Assembly: GCF_009914755.1 (NCBI RefSeq)
Contig: NC_060948.1
Length of the DNA stretch: 64,000 bases
DNA from: the human T2T-CHM13v2.0 reference genome, Homo sapiens
Direction: 5' to 3' (one strand)
Position 1 is the first letter of the stretch; the number at the start of each line of letters is the position of its first letter. The notes beneath the pieces were generated by a model that saw only the letters and a program-made list of their open reading frames with translations, made no database searches and was not told where the DNA came from. Of this stretch, positions 28,076 to 46,452 are shown piece by piece. Made by a program: the position numbers and the translations under genes.

Positions 28076-30428
28076 CAGTAATGCCTATTTCCCATTGGTT
28101 TATATCTGCCAGGCCACACAAAAAGAAATAGCAAGACATATATCAAACCAATAATAGCAGGTACCCCTGGGGAACAGGGAGGGCTTATGTGGGAACGGGG
28201 GCTGGGTGGTGACGGTAGGTGTGTGGGGTGGTGATCGAAAGTGACTTTAGTTATAATCTCTTTCTTTTCATTTTTAAATGAAAATGACATATTTGTATAT
28301 CACTTAGAAAATTAAAAAATAATTTTTAAAAGACTTTAAAAGGATTCAACCCGTTCAGAGGGCAATCTGGCAAAATCTATCAAAATTAAAGATGCATTAA
28401 ATAAACACTACCAAGCAACTAAAAGAAATTCTGGGAAAACAGTGTAGGTGTAAAGGGCTGTTTGAGGTGAAGGCCTGTGATCCTGCTGTCAACAGAGAGA
28501 CTTCTCAGCACACCCTGCCATCTCTGCACAAAGGGGCTGCTTTCCAAAGCAACACCACATAGACATCCCTGTGATATAGCACAGTTCAAAACTGTGCGCA
28601 TTCAGGAGAGCCAGCAGCAGGTGGTCACCAAGAGGAAATTCCAGCACTTCACAGCCATTCACAGGCAGGGCTCCTGTATGACACTATAGTGGAAGGCGTG
28701 TGGTTGTCACAAATTGAAGGGGATTCCTTGGCCCAGACAGGTATAAGGCAACAAGACTGGTACTGCAGCTAAAGGCTGGTTGAATGCACCGTCTCTCCTG
28801 GGTTGCTGGTGGTTACTGGGGAGTGGGAATTAGAGACAAAGACTCCGGGCTTCTTATCCACGGCTCATCTACACAGCTAATCTGCCCTGGTGGAGGAGGG
28901 AGCAGAGCCCTCCTGGACCACTTATGAGGCTGCTCTACCAAAGAGGCACCCCTGCAGCCCCTGTGAGAGCAGGACTGTCCAGAAAATCTGTAAAGCAGGC
29001 ACTTCCACACTGAACTCCTGAGATACATGCATCTCACCAGTTTCTAATTGTTTATTTGCTACAACATTTTTCAATGAACTTCTAAGATTCTCATACAGCT
29101 TTTAAATGAACTTCTAAGATTCTCCTATAGCATTAAAAGCAATTTAAGATACCATTAACAATTTGTGTATGATTTACCTTAAATTTAAAAGTGAAAAAAA
29201 TTACAGAGGATTTGATTTTCCCCAGGTGTGCACCTGTGATTTGGTAAGCAAACTTCAATAGCTTGTTTTTGTTTTTTCTTCTAACATACCCTCTGAACAG
29301 TTGGGTACTATGGTGCACACATTCAAAATGTAAAAGAATAAACTGATTTCAACTGGTACAAACTAATCCAAAAGAATAAATCAATTCTGAACCCTAAACT
29401 TTTTGCGTTAATACTTTATTAGGGACTAGACTCATGTTCTCATCTCCTCCCCAAACAAAAGACATATTAAGAGGAACTAAGGCAGGTGATTCCAGACTTT
29501 TGAAAAAGAAGACTTGGTCAAGACACACTGTCATAAGTATCATGCGAGGTCTCAAACAACAAAAAACAGGATGAGGGAGGGGGGTTCTGAAATCTAAAAT
29601 CTGGCTGCTCTGTTACATGGAAACTAATGTCAGAGGTTATTTAGAGGTTATATAGATATGAGATCAGTTAGAAATATCCATTGAGATTTCAAACGAATAG
29701 GCTAAAAAACTGTAATCATTTTAAATAAGTTAATGCTGTATCAATTAAGTACAACATTCACAGGATGAACAAAAGGGAGACAAGTCTGTCTGTAAGCAAC
29801 TCGCAGCCCAGATCAATTCTAGGGAATAATATTTAGCACAGAATCTAATAAGTACCATCTTTGGTTCTGGAACAAGAAGTTCTATAACAAGAAAGGAAGC
29901 TCTGGTTCATTTCATCAAATAATTAACTCAGTAACATCTGAACAGAAATGAGCACAAACAATGAAGAAAAATAGGCATTACAATTTTTTTAGATGAACCA
30001 TGGAAAATTACATCTCAGCCTATGGTTTCCTGGAAAAGAAAATCTAATCCATATTGGAGGAATAAGTGAGCAAGTAATAGACATTCTCCTGTCTTTGGGA
30101 ATTAGCTCCTCATTTGCAATGAAAGGATTATAACACTGAAGAATGACTGAAAGGGAGACGAAGAGGCAAGGATCCCTAAACACCTTGAGGACAGATGCTG
30201 GCTGCCAAGCCATGAAGTCAGCACTCTGTGATGGTGCAGCTGTGGCCTCATAGAAGAAGAGCTGAAGGCAGAAGGAGCAGTCAAAGAGAAACTCTCTCCT
30301 TATCACTAACCCTATGAAAAACAGCATTAAATCCACCAGTAAACACAAATGGGGCTGCCAGAGGGAGATTCTGGAATTCCCAGCATGGGAGGTTGGGGGT
30401 GAGGTGGTGTTGGGGGGACCATGGTTGC

Positions 30429-31160
30429 TGTGGCAAACACACCCTGAGATGGCCCCCTCCCAACAATCCCTACCTCCTGGTGTTCACACTTTTGTGCAAT
30501 CTAGCCCCTTGAGTGGGGGCAGGGCCTGTGACTTGAACCTACTCAATAAAACATGCTAAAGGTGATGGATGTTGCTCCTGGGATGGCATTATGTTATATG
30601 ACTCCCTCTGAGCTGGAGATGCCTTTACTGGTTTTGAAGAAGAAAGCTGTCAGGAAGAAAGAGAGAGCCATATGGCAAGGAACTCTGGGTAGCCCCTGGC
30701 CAACAGCTGCAAGAAAACAGAGATTCCAGTCCCACAACTACAAGGAGATGAATCCTGCCAACAAACTGAAGGAGGCTGGAAGTGGGGCTTTCCTCAGTTG
30801 AGCCTCTGAGGAGACTGCAACCCAAGTCAACAGTGATACTACCTGATAAATCCTGAAGCAAAGAACCCCGATGAGCTACAGAAACTGTATGATAATGAAT
30901 ATGTATTTTTTTATTATACTTTAAGTTTTAGGGTAGATGTGCACAACGTTCAGGTTAGTTACATAATGTAGACATGTGCCATGTTGATGTGCTGCACCCA
31001 TCAACTCGTCATTTAACATCAGGTATATCTCCTAATGCTATCCCTCCCCTCTTCCCTTACCCCACAACAGGCCCCGGTATGTGATGTTCCCCTTCCATAC
31101 GTATTGTTTTGAACCATGAAATGTGTTATAATTTATTACAGAGCATAGAAAATTAATACC
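30429..31160 (+). mobile_element. MaLR LTR (MLT1F/G-like), interrupted by an L1 fragment
   Basis: tgtggc...gatggcccc...cctcctggtgttcaca...cccttgagtgggggcagggcctgtgacttg; ends gcatagaaaattaatac. Confidence 0.8.
30905..31096 (-). mobile_element. Young L1PA (PA3/PA4-like) 3' end, ~190 bp, 5' truncated
   Basis: ttattatactttaagttttagggta...caggttagttacata...cctaatgctatccctcccc; flanking atatgtatt / atacgtatt duplication. Confidence 0.88.
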
Positions 31161-32195
31161 TGTTATGGGAAGTCAGGGACCCTGAACGGAGGGACTGGCT
31201 GGAGTTGTGGCAGAGGAACATAAATTGTGAATATTTCATTTTAATATGGACATTTATCAGTTCTCAAATAATACTTTTATAATTTCTGATGCCTGTCTTT
31301 AATATCTTAATCCTGTTATCTTCGTAAGCTGAGGATGTACATCACCTCAGAACCACTGTGGTAATTGTGTTAACTGTAGAAATTGATTGTAAAATATGTG
31401 GGTCTGAACTACATGAAATCAGTGCACCTTGAAAAAGAACAGAATAATAGCGATTTTTATGGAACAAGGGAAGACAACCATAAGGTCTGACAGCCTCAGG
31501 GTCGGGCAAAAAGAGCCATATTTTTCTTCTTGCAGAGGGCCTATAAATGGACGTGCAAGTAGGAAACATATTGCTAAATTCTTTTCCTAGCAAGGAATAT
31601 TACTATTAATACCCTGGGAAAACAATGCATCCCTTGGGGGAGGTCTATGAAGGGCCTCTCTGGGAATGTCTGTCTTGTGTGGTTGAGATAAGGACTGAGA
31701 TAATCACTGGTCTCCTGCAGAACCCTCAGGCTTACTAGGGTTGGGAAAACTCAGCCCTAGTAAATTTGTTGTCAGACTGGTTCTCTGCTCTTGAACCCTG
31801 TTTTCTGTTGTTTCAGATGTTTATCAAGACAATAGGCGCACTACTGAACATAGACCCTCATCAGCGGTTTTGCTTTTGCCCTTTGCCCTGTTTCCTCAGA
31901 AGCATGTGATCTTTGTTAGACCCTTATCAGTGGTTCTGCTTTTTGCACTTTGAAGCATGTGATCTTTGTACCTACTCTCTGTTCTTACAACCCCTCCCCT
32001 TTTGAAACCCTTAAAAACTTTCTGGTCTGAGACTCAGGCAGGCATCATGGTCCTCCTGATATGTGATGTCAACCCTGGAAGCCCAGCTGTAAAAGTCCTC
32101 TCTTTGTAGTGTCTCTCTTTATTTCTCAGCCAGCTAACACTTATGGAAAATAGAAAGAACCTACGTTGAAATGTTAGGGGTGGGTTCTCCCAATA
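31161..32195 (+). mobile_element. MER11 solo LTR (HERV-K11/HML-8)
   Basis: Starts tgttatgggaagtcagggaccctgaacggagggactggctgg and ends ggggtgggttctcccaata; 6-bp duplication aatacc at 31155-31160 and 32196-32201. Confidence 0.92.
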
Positions 32196-33199
32196 AATAC
32201 CAAAAAGAAAAAAGAAAACTAATACAGTCCCTGAGGAGGAAAACATGGCAGGTTCATTCTCAGAACAGGCCACCCACTGTTGGCCAGGCCTAGGCCCAAA
32301 CCCACAAAATCCAGCCAGACATCTGACAGCAGCTTCCCTCAAGTGAGGAATGTTCTGTGTCACTGAGGGCAGGGACCATCCTGCGAGACAGAAGTGGACA
32401 TGACCTAGAATTGACCTCCAGGGGCCATGGCCTGCTTGTCCGAGATACCACAGGACAAAGGAATAAGTATTCCGCTCTCAATCTAGTTTCTATGGAAGAT
32501 GCATTAACCTGAAACTCCCAGCTGAGCAGGCATTGCCACCTTCCTGTGTGGGATGGGAAATACTAGGTATGCTCCCCAAAGGGCCATATCATTTTATCAT
32601 CCTGGAAAAGAATATGGGAAACCACCAAACTTCTCCTGGACAGAAGGCCAAATGGCTTCCAATTTTGGAAGATCTGGGTTTAAATAATAGGGAAAAGAAA
32701 CCATAGAATGCATTTCTGGAGACACACATAGGGTTAACTAACAGCAAAAGCCTCCCAACCTACTTTATCTGGAAATTAACATTAAGCACTATCCAGTTAA
32801 ATAAAGGCACTCTGAGAAGAGCCTGGCTAATCATAAAATATGCTTCCGCATCACACTCCATCGCCAACATGGTAAATTCCAATAAATTTATTAGTTAGAG
32901 GCTACAGGTGTTAGAGCTAACTACACCATACACCAAAAATCAGCTGTGAACCTTTGGACAATTTACTTAAACTTTCTGTTCTTCAGTTTATTTCACTATT
33001 GAATGGGATATTACATGGAGCTATCTCTGAACATTGCTATCTCTTAACATTGCTGTAAGGATTAAATGGGACAAAAAGATGCAAAGCCCCCAGCTCAGAA
33101 GCACAACATGAGGCTCAACAAATCCTACCTGCAGCTGATCTATTACTATCATCTAAAATTCTGTTCTTACTTTTCCTTTCTAGCACTTTTCACCATTCA

Positions 33200-34900
<1,701 letters not shown>

Positions 34901-35477
34901 TGTCAATTTCTTCAGTTAAGAAACTTATAATCTTCTCTGGAATTTACTTATCTTCTTGAAATCACAAGAGGGAAACTGGATTTAATCCACCCTATGCAAA
35001 TAGGTGTGAAGAAATCTGTCAATCTGTTTATGTGATTATCTGGCAGATAATCATCTAAATTTGGCAAACTGTCAAATTTAAATGTTGATTTGGAATCAGA
35101 ATTGCTTGGCTCCTTGAAAAACAAAAAACAACAACAACAAAAAACACATCATTTGCTGCCGAGTCATTTTTCAGAAACAGTCTTGGAAAAAATTAACTAA
35201 AAAGAGCTCTGACACATCTCATATCTTGGGACTCCCACTTATATAGGGCACTGGAGAGTTGAGAGGCTCTACTTCACCATTCCAAAGGAATTTTCTAAAA
35301 GAAGTGATAATAAAAGGATACTACTGGCAGATGTGATTTCCTGGAAATCAAGAATGAACAGGACAAAATGAACTCAAATCCTTGGAGTATAGCAAAATAG
35401 TTTGAACAATGCACATAAACAGTGGTTCTGACTGTTGGAGGCAATGGAGAAGCAACGAAGACATCCAAACCCTGTTA

Positions 35478-35742
35478 AAAAGCCACGGCAACATGACAAC
35501 TAAATGCAGTTTAGTACCCTGGATTGGATCCTGGAACTGAGAAATGACATTCATAGAAAAATGGTAAAATCCAAATAAAATCTACAGTTTAATTAATAGT
35601 GAAGTACCACTGTCAATTTCTTAGTTTGACAAATATAGTATGGCAGTGTAAGATACTAATTGTAGTGGGAAACTAGGTGAAACACATATGAGAGTTCTCT
35701 GGAATACCTTTGCAACTTTTCTGTGAAATCTCAAGTTATTCC
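35478..35742 (+). mobile_element. L1MC-type 3' end
   Basis: acatgacaactaaatgca...cctggattggatcctggaac...tttgcaacttttctgtgaaatct. Confidence 0.75.
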
Positions 35743-36130
35743 TAGGCAGGGTACATTGTATCTGCCACTCCCCTAGAGATTATCTTTGGGTGATAACTGA
35801 ACAAGTCCATGGAAAAGGGAAAAATAGAAAGAATGACTTACATAGATGAGTAATATAAACTCTTGTATTCTAAGAGGAAAATGAACCTTAAAGGAAAAAA
35901 ACCAGGGATAATGAAATAGAAGACTGGGGTCTGTGCCTTCTCTGGTCAGAAAAACACAAAACTTCTTCCAACTTCTTACTTTCCTCACTTTTTAATTTTT
36001 TTTATTATGGTAAAATATACATCACATAATATTAACCATTTTAATCATTTTTTAAGTCTACAATTCAGTGTCATTAAGTACATTCGCAATGTACTTAATA
36101 GCAGTCACCATCACTATCCATTACCAGAAC

Positions 36131-36436
36131 TGTTTGTTTGTTTTTTTTTTTGAGATAGTGTCTTACTCTGTTGCCCAGGCTGGGGTGCAGTGGCATGATG
36201 AAGGGCTCACTGCAGTCTCAACTTCCTGGGCCCAAGCAATCCTCCCACCTTGGCCCCCGAAGTAGTCAGTACTACAGGAACATGTCACCATGCCTGGCTA
36301 ATGTTTTTGGAATTTTTGTAAAGATGAATTCTCCCTATCTTACCCAGGCTGCTCTCAAACTCCTGAGCTCAAGAAATCCTCCTGCCTCAGCCTCCCAATG
36401 TGCTGGGACGACAGGCATCAGCCACCTCAACTGGCC
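36131..36436 (-). mobile_element. AluJ-type SINE inserted in an L1MB 3' fragment (~35990-36465)
   Basis: Alu body flanked by ccagaact duplication; host motif tttattatggtaaaatatacat...tacaattcagtgtcattaagtacattc. Confidence 0.88.
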
Positions 36437-37615
36437 TCCAGAACTTCTTTGTCATTACAAACAGTCCTCATTTCTTTAACATCTTATATGTAGAACTTGA
36501 GACAAAGTTGAATATAGCAAGTAAAAAACCACACACACATTAAATAAGTGACATCATATGTCAAACATATGAAAGTAGATTTAAACACTGAGCACTTGTA
36601 CACAAGCCTTTCCTATCTGCAAGGAAGGAGAGAGCAAAGAGCCCATGTGCCCATGTGCCAGAGAAATTCAAATGTCAACACAACTGGTCACAGATGTCAG
36701 TGTTGTTTCTAAACATGATAAAATACCACCTATTCTGTGTCGGGTTGACCTCATTACTCACACATAAACATCAACTGTAATGCAAACTGTGTGCAAACTC
36801 AGAGACACACTTGGAGATCTTCACTCACCACCACCCTAGTGTCTGCCAAGGGTTGTGTAGTTATTCTCCAAGCAGGGGAAGGGTTGGAGGGAAAAGCAAG
36901 GGCCTCAAACTCAAAGGCCTATGGGCAATCTATAAAAGATTCTTTTTAAAACCAAAGTACATAATCTAGACATTTTTTTCTCATATAAAAGATAGAGGAA
37001 TGTCCACCAAGAAATATGTTCTCCTCTAATTTTCTTCAAATACAGAGTGCTGTCAGATTCCCTTTCACAGTCTCACTACTGAGAGCAATGTGGTTGCAGA
37101 GAGACTTGTCTCTGCCGTGAGAAAATCACGCAAGCAGATAATACATGGTGAGTGCTATGTTGCTACCATGCTGAGGACACAATGAGATACGTGGAAACCA
37201 TGGTAAACTAGGCAGTTTATATCCCAAACATTACTAGAAATTCCAGGCCAGAGTTGCCAAATCTTACAATTTTTCAAAAGAAGCCTTTAAATTGTGTTTA
37301 TATGTAGCTCATAACTGTCAGGTTTTTGCTCCAAACAATATTTTCTTCATGTTATGTGGGCCAACAGCTTTCAGATTGAACTTGACCTCTCAACCACCAG
37401 TCTGTGGTCTCTGAGTTACATACACAAGCTCCAATGTGAGTGACAGAAGGCTGAACACCAGGCCGTAAGTAACAGTGAACAGATTATCTAATTGTATCAT
37501 GATCAAAATAATGAACCCATAAGCCCAATGCAATATGCATTCATTGTAATGACTCAGTAGATTGCTACCTTCGGAGGTCCTCACTACCCTTAAAGACGAT
37601 GTCTGACCCGCACCA

Positions 37616-37904
37616 TTTTTTTTCTTTTGAGACAGAATGTCACTCTGTTGCCCAGGCTGGAGTGCAACGGCATGATCTCAGCTGACTGCAGCCTTCCAGG
37701 CTCAAGCAATCCTCCCATCTCACCCTCCTGAGTAGCTGGGACTATAGGTGTGCACCACCACACCTGGCTAATATTTATATTTTTTGTAGAGATGGGGTTT
37801 TGACATGTTGCCCAGGCTGGTCTCAAATTCCCAGGCTCAAGTGATCCTCTAGCCTTGTCTTCCCAATGTTCTAGGATTACAGGTGTGAGCCACCATGCCC
37901 AGCC
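37616..37904 (-). mobile_element. AluJ-type SINE
   Basis: ggctcaagcaatcctcccatctca...ggctcaagtgatcctc. Confidence 0.9.
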
Positions 37905-39558
37905 TTGTCTGACACATTTAAACAGCCCCTCACTCCACTGTCACAGTGGTGAGACTTAATCCTTTCCTAAAACATTAAAATAACATTTTTGTAACAAGTA
38001 CTGCTAATGCTTATGAGTGCTTTAAGTATTGATAATTATCATTGGCAAAAGAGATAACCCTCAAGATATTGACAAGTGCCAAGCAGCAAGTTGGATATGT
38101 ATTTTGGCCTCATGGGAAGATCTAAAATGAGGCCACCAAAAAACAACTGCCTGTCAGAAAACTTTCATAAAGTATACTTCTAAAAAGTAAATATGTGACT
38201 AAAAACTATCATATACATCACAGTTTAAATAATAAACACCTAATAAATCCCATTTCGGCTCATAAATCCCTGAGACACCTTCAAAGACCATGAGTTTAAA
38301 CAATGTTTTCTTTTTCCCAGGACATTAGGGAGTTATGAAAAGGAAAGAGAATGTGCAGTTCATCAATAGGGTTATTTTTGCTTCATTTAGAAATAATCAA
38401 AAGAAATGGTGACAAACAAAAACAGATTACTAGGCACTTCTCCAACCAGGCAAAAAAATCCTACATGTCAGTTGACAGAAACAAATTCTCTATCTCTGGG
38501 AAACAGGAAGGAATTTTAAGATTTTTTTTTTCCCAAAGCAATACCAAGCTCGAATAGAATAATCAGAACAGCTATTTTTAAAAAAGTATTAGGGGGAGAA
38601 ATTAGCAATAGATCTGAAAAAGATTTGTCAATGAAAGAAAAAGAAGGCTATGCCTAGTTTCATTAGCTTATGTATAACAATGACAATAAAGATCTCCCTT
38701 ATTCATTCATCTGCGTGAATGCTGACCACATATGAGGGATTCAAGGTGCTGCCCTCAAGTCTAGATCCTGCCCTCAAGTCTTGACAGACTGTATATAAAC
38801 AGAAGTGCTATAAGAATTCAATTGTTTCCAGTGTTAAGGATCAGGGGAAAATGTAAGGAGCAAGGCACATGTGAGCTTAATCTTTGAGGCTATATGGAAG
38901 TTAGTCATGAGACAATGGATAAAAGGACATTTTAGGCATGAGAACAGAAATTACTGAAGATCTGGATTGAGAAATGCATGAGTTATATGATAGAAATAAT
39001 AAATAGATCAGTTAGGCAAAAGGTGTGTGAAGATGCATGTTGCCTGTAACTCAGCAGGGGCTGTAATGATGAGCGTAGGGAATGTGTGGGTGAATCCACT
39101 GTTAGAATGAGTGTGTGCTTGTGGGCTCTGCAGTGACCAGGGCAGAATTGTGGGAAACACAGTTAGTGAGAAAGGATGGGAGTCGCCTTAACTGTGAAGA
39201 AAGAAGAGTCACAGGTGGCCTTAGAGTGAAAGATTCTGGGAAGCTTAAGCAGGCAGCATTGTGTATGATGTAGGAAGAAAGAAAGAATATTAGAACAGCA
39301 GGTGTGAGAACTGTGCTGAGATTTTTGTCTAATGGAGTGGGTGGGTAGAAGAGAGGTATTTCTTGTTCCTGCAATTGGTGGTAGTTGTGGGCAGGGTAAT
39401 AACCTGCACCTCCCCAAAGATGGTCCCAGAACAATAGGGAAAGATTTCCCACAATTTTATGAACCCTCTTTGCAAAATGAACAAAATCTACACAAATACA
39501 ATGAGACTGCGGGAGTTAAACGTTTCCCCTATAACGAAACTTAAGAAATACTTAAGGA

Positions 39559-43340
<3,782 letters not shown>

Positions 43341-44451
43341 AAGAAATACTTAAGGAAAAATAGGCAAGTATGCAAATCCTAGTGAGTCTTTAAATGAATT
43401 TCAAGCACCTCACTATAGGGTCCTCCAAGGGAGTTGTAAATTAGGAAGCACAAAAAGGAGAAGAATTTACACACTGCTGATTCATTGTCCTTTCTTCTGA
43501 TGTTCCCTTCCCCTTCCACCAGAAAACACTCAGCACTTCTGTGGAAAAGGTTTGGTATCTCTGAGAACATTCTGAACATGTCAGGGGAGATGTGCAAATG
43601 ATAACCCCATCACACACTCCCTCAGGGAGCTGTACATGCCTACTGGGGACATGTTACCAGGGACATCACTATCTGATCCTACTATTTATTCTAGAGAAAT
43701 CATCCTGGCTCCCTGCTTATGGTCAGGGCCAGCTCTCTGGGAGACAAACCACCTGCCACTGTGCACTACAAGGAGTGCACTGTTAACCTTAAAGGCCAAG
43801 GGGAAAACAGGCAAACTTTGCCTCAGTGCTCCCTGTATATTGGAGCTGTGAAGGAATTTCAATCCCCAGAGAGCTGGGATACAGAAAAGAAGAGAGCAGC
43901 CACATGGAATGGGAGCTGCGTAAGGGTCCTGCTTTCTCTGGAATCGTGCAAGGCTCTCCTTTACATTGACAGATGTAGAAAGATCTAGTATTAGTAGTGA
44001 TGCATAATTAATAATATTTTATTGCAAATATAACACTGAATAAAAGCAGTCTGCCTGATATTTACTGGTTCAGAAAAGTCACACATCTCCAAACAAAAAT
44101 AGCAATAATAGCTACATAGGAATGGTCTTCATAAGACTCTCATGGGGCCTGTCCAGTTAGGTTACAAAAAGTCTCTTCTCTGTGCATGTAATGCACATGT
44201 TACATGTTAAAATTTGCTGATTGTTTTCTTCTTTTCCAAATCATCCCACCTATGCCCCCAACTGAGTTAGGTGATAGACATGTTCTGTATCTGTACAGTC
44301 CAGTAAAATAGCCACTACACACATTTTGCTACTGAGCACCTGAAACGCAGCCACTGCAACTGAAGAACTGAATTTTTAAACTTATTTAATTTTAACAATT
44401 TAAATGGCTTTACGTCGCTAATGGCTGTCTTACAGGAAAATACAGCTTAAC

Positions 44452-44610
44452 TCAGTTCTCAAACTTTAATGTGTGTACAAATCATCTGGAACCTTGTTAA
44501 CGTGTAGACTCTGATTTGACAGGTCTGTGTGGGCCTGAGAGTCTGCAACTCTAAGAGCTCCCAGGAGATGCTGATGATGCTGGTCCATGGACCACACTTT
44601 GAGTAGCAAG
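44452..44610. mobile_element. MER5B/MER5A-like element
   Basis: cagttctcaaactttaatgtgtgtacaaatcatctggaaccttgttaa...gatgatgctggtccatggaccacactttgagtagcaag. Confidence 0.8.
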
Positions 44611-45675
44611 ATTCTGACTCTTTCAGGAGCCACCAGTTCCAGTGTGTCTCAAATACTGAGTGGATAAATTGTCTCCAAATTTTTCTGGTCACACAGCCTG
44701 CCAGAAAAAAAATTCCTGAATAGCACTGTACTAACATCTTACATGTGTTATAAAACAAAACACAAAACAGAATACTGTAAATATCAGAAATAATGAAATA
44801 AGCAATATTTTATAATGACGATCACAGTAAATTCATACTATTAATAGCTAATACCTCAAAGCAAAATACACACTTGAAATGAGATTCATTGTTAAAATAA
44901 TGGAATTATGATCCACTCTACAAAAAGTCTCCTTGATAATTCCAAATTTCTTTAAATCGGATCTGAATAGGTAGGCATTGGTGTTTTAATGTCCCACTGT
45001 GTCCCACAAAGCTCTTACAGATGGGTCAGTGTAGCCATTTCTACATGTGTGTACAAGAGACAGAGAAGGATTTTACATTTACATTTCTGGTATTCCCTGC
45101 TATCTGCAATCACTTTATAGAAATTTTTTAAAGCCATGTGTATATCTCATGAGAGTTAATTTAGCTAAAACTACAAAAAGCGATCCACCAATTCACCTCA
45201 CTGAGATCACATTCGAAAGTGCTTCCTTGAACCCAGCTCTTTTGCAGGCCCTCCTGCTCCATATAGCCCAGGTCACCTCTGATGTACACATCAAGCCAGA
45301 ACACCACCTTCAACCTAAATGTTAAATATTACGACAGTTCATCTGTCTCCTAATTTTTCAATAAAATATGTAAAAATTGACACCTCAGTTTTCCTTCAAC
45401 ACTAAATATGTCTACCCAACTTTGGTAACCACTGTCTAGATAGTACATAGAACATCCAGAATTATTATGAACATCTCAGATAAAATTTACCCTCAACCAT
45501 AATATTGAACATTATGTTCTCAAAAACACAAGGTGGAAATTCTTCTTAAATTAGTATGTTAATCTAACAACAATTTCAACAAAGTTTACCAGGAACTGAA
45601 GCAAATTACTGCAGGCTTTATATGGAAAAATCAATGTACAAAAGTTATCAAGATCCTGAAAAAGAATAGTGCCCT

Positions 45676-45978
45676 GGCCAGGTGCAGTAGGTGCAGTGGC
45701 TCATGCCTGTAATCCCAGCATTTTAGGAGGCTGCGGCAGGCAGATCATGAGGTCAGGAGATCGAGACCATCCTGGCCAATATGGTGAAACCCTGTGTCTA
45801 CTAAAAATACAAAAAATTAGCTGGGCATGGTGACAGATGTCTCTAATCCCAGCTACTCGGGAGACTGAGGCAGGACAATCTCTTAAACCAGGGAGTCAGG
45901 GGTTACAGTGAGCCGAGATCGTGCCACTGCACTCCAGCCTGAAGACAGAGCAAGACTCCATCTAAAAAAAAAAAAAAA
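45676..45978 (+). mobile_element. AluSc-type SINE inside an ancient L1M ORF2 fragment (~45545-46230)
   Basis: gatcatgaggtcaggagatcgagaccatcctggccaatatgg; flanks agtgccct on both sides. Confidence 0.9.
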
Positions 45979-46244
45979 GTGCCCTACTAGATGTTAATAT
46001 AATATACATTACAAATTTATTATCATCAAGACAACATGATAGTGGCATAAAATCAATAAGTAGATCAAAGGAACAGTAAAGAATCAGGAGTAGGTTGGGA
46101 CATACATATAGAAATCCTAACTCTAATAAAGGTGGCATTTCATTTAATGGCAAAGATGGGTCAAGGTAGTAAGCACTCTTGGCAAAGGTGGCTACCTAGA
46201 AGAAAATTAAAGTCAGACTCACTGTCTCACTCCCTAACAAACCC

Positions 46245-46452
46245 ACCGGCTCTCGAATGGGGGCAGTTTTGCCCATTAGCAGACATTAGACAATGTCTGG
46301 AACCTGTCACAACTGCAGGGATAGGGGCTTTGCTCATAAAATCTTGTCAGTAGATGCCAGGGAGTCTGCTAAATATCCTACAATGCACAGGACAGTCCCA
46401 CATACAGTTGTCTGGCCCAAAATGTCAATAGTACCAAGGCTGAGAAATTCCA
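46245..46452. mobile_element. MER20 hAT-Charlie element
   Basis: gggggcagttttgccc...caatgtctgga...tgctaaatatcctacaatgcacaggacagtccc...cccaaaatgtcaatagtaccaaggctgagaaa. Confidence 0.85.

Noticed and set aside
31850-31975. Direct repeats agcatgtgatctttg with spacers, superficially CRISPR-like
   Set aside because: Internal tandem repeats of the MER11 LTR in eukaryotic DNA; no cas genes and no regular array.
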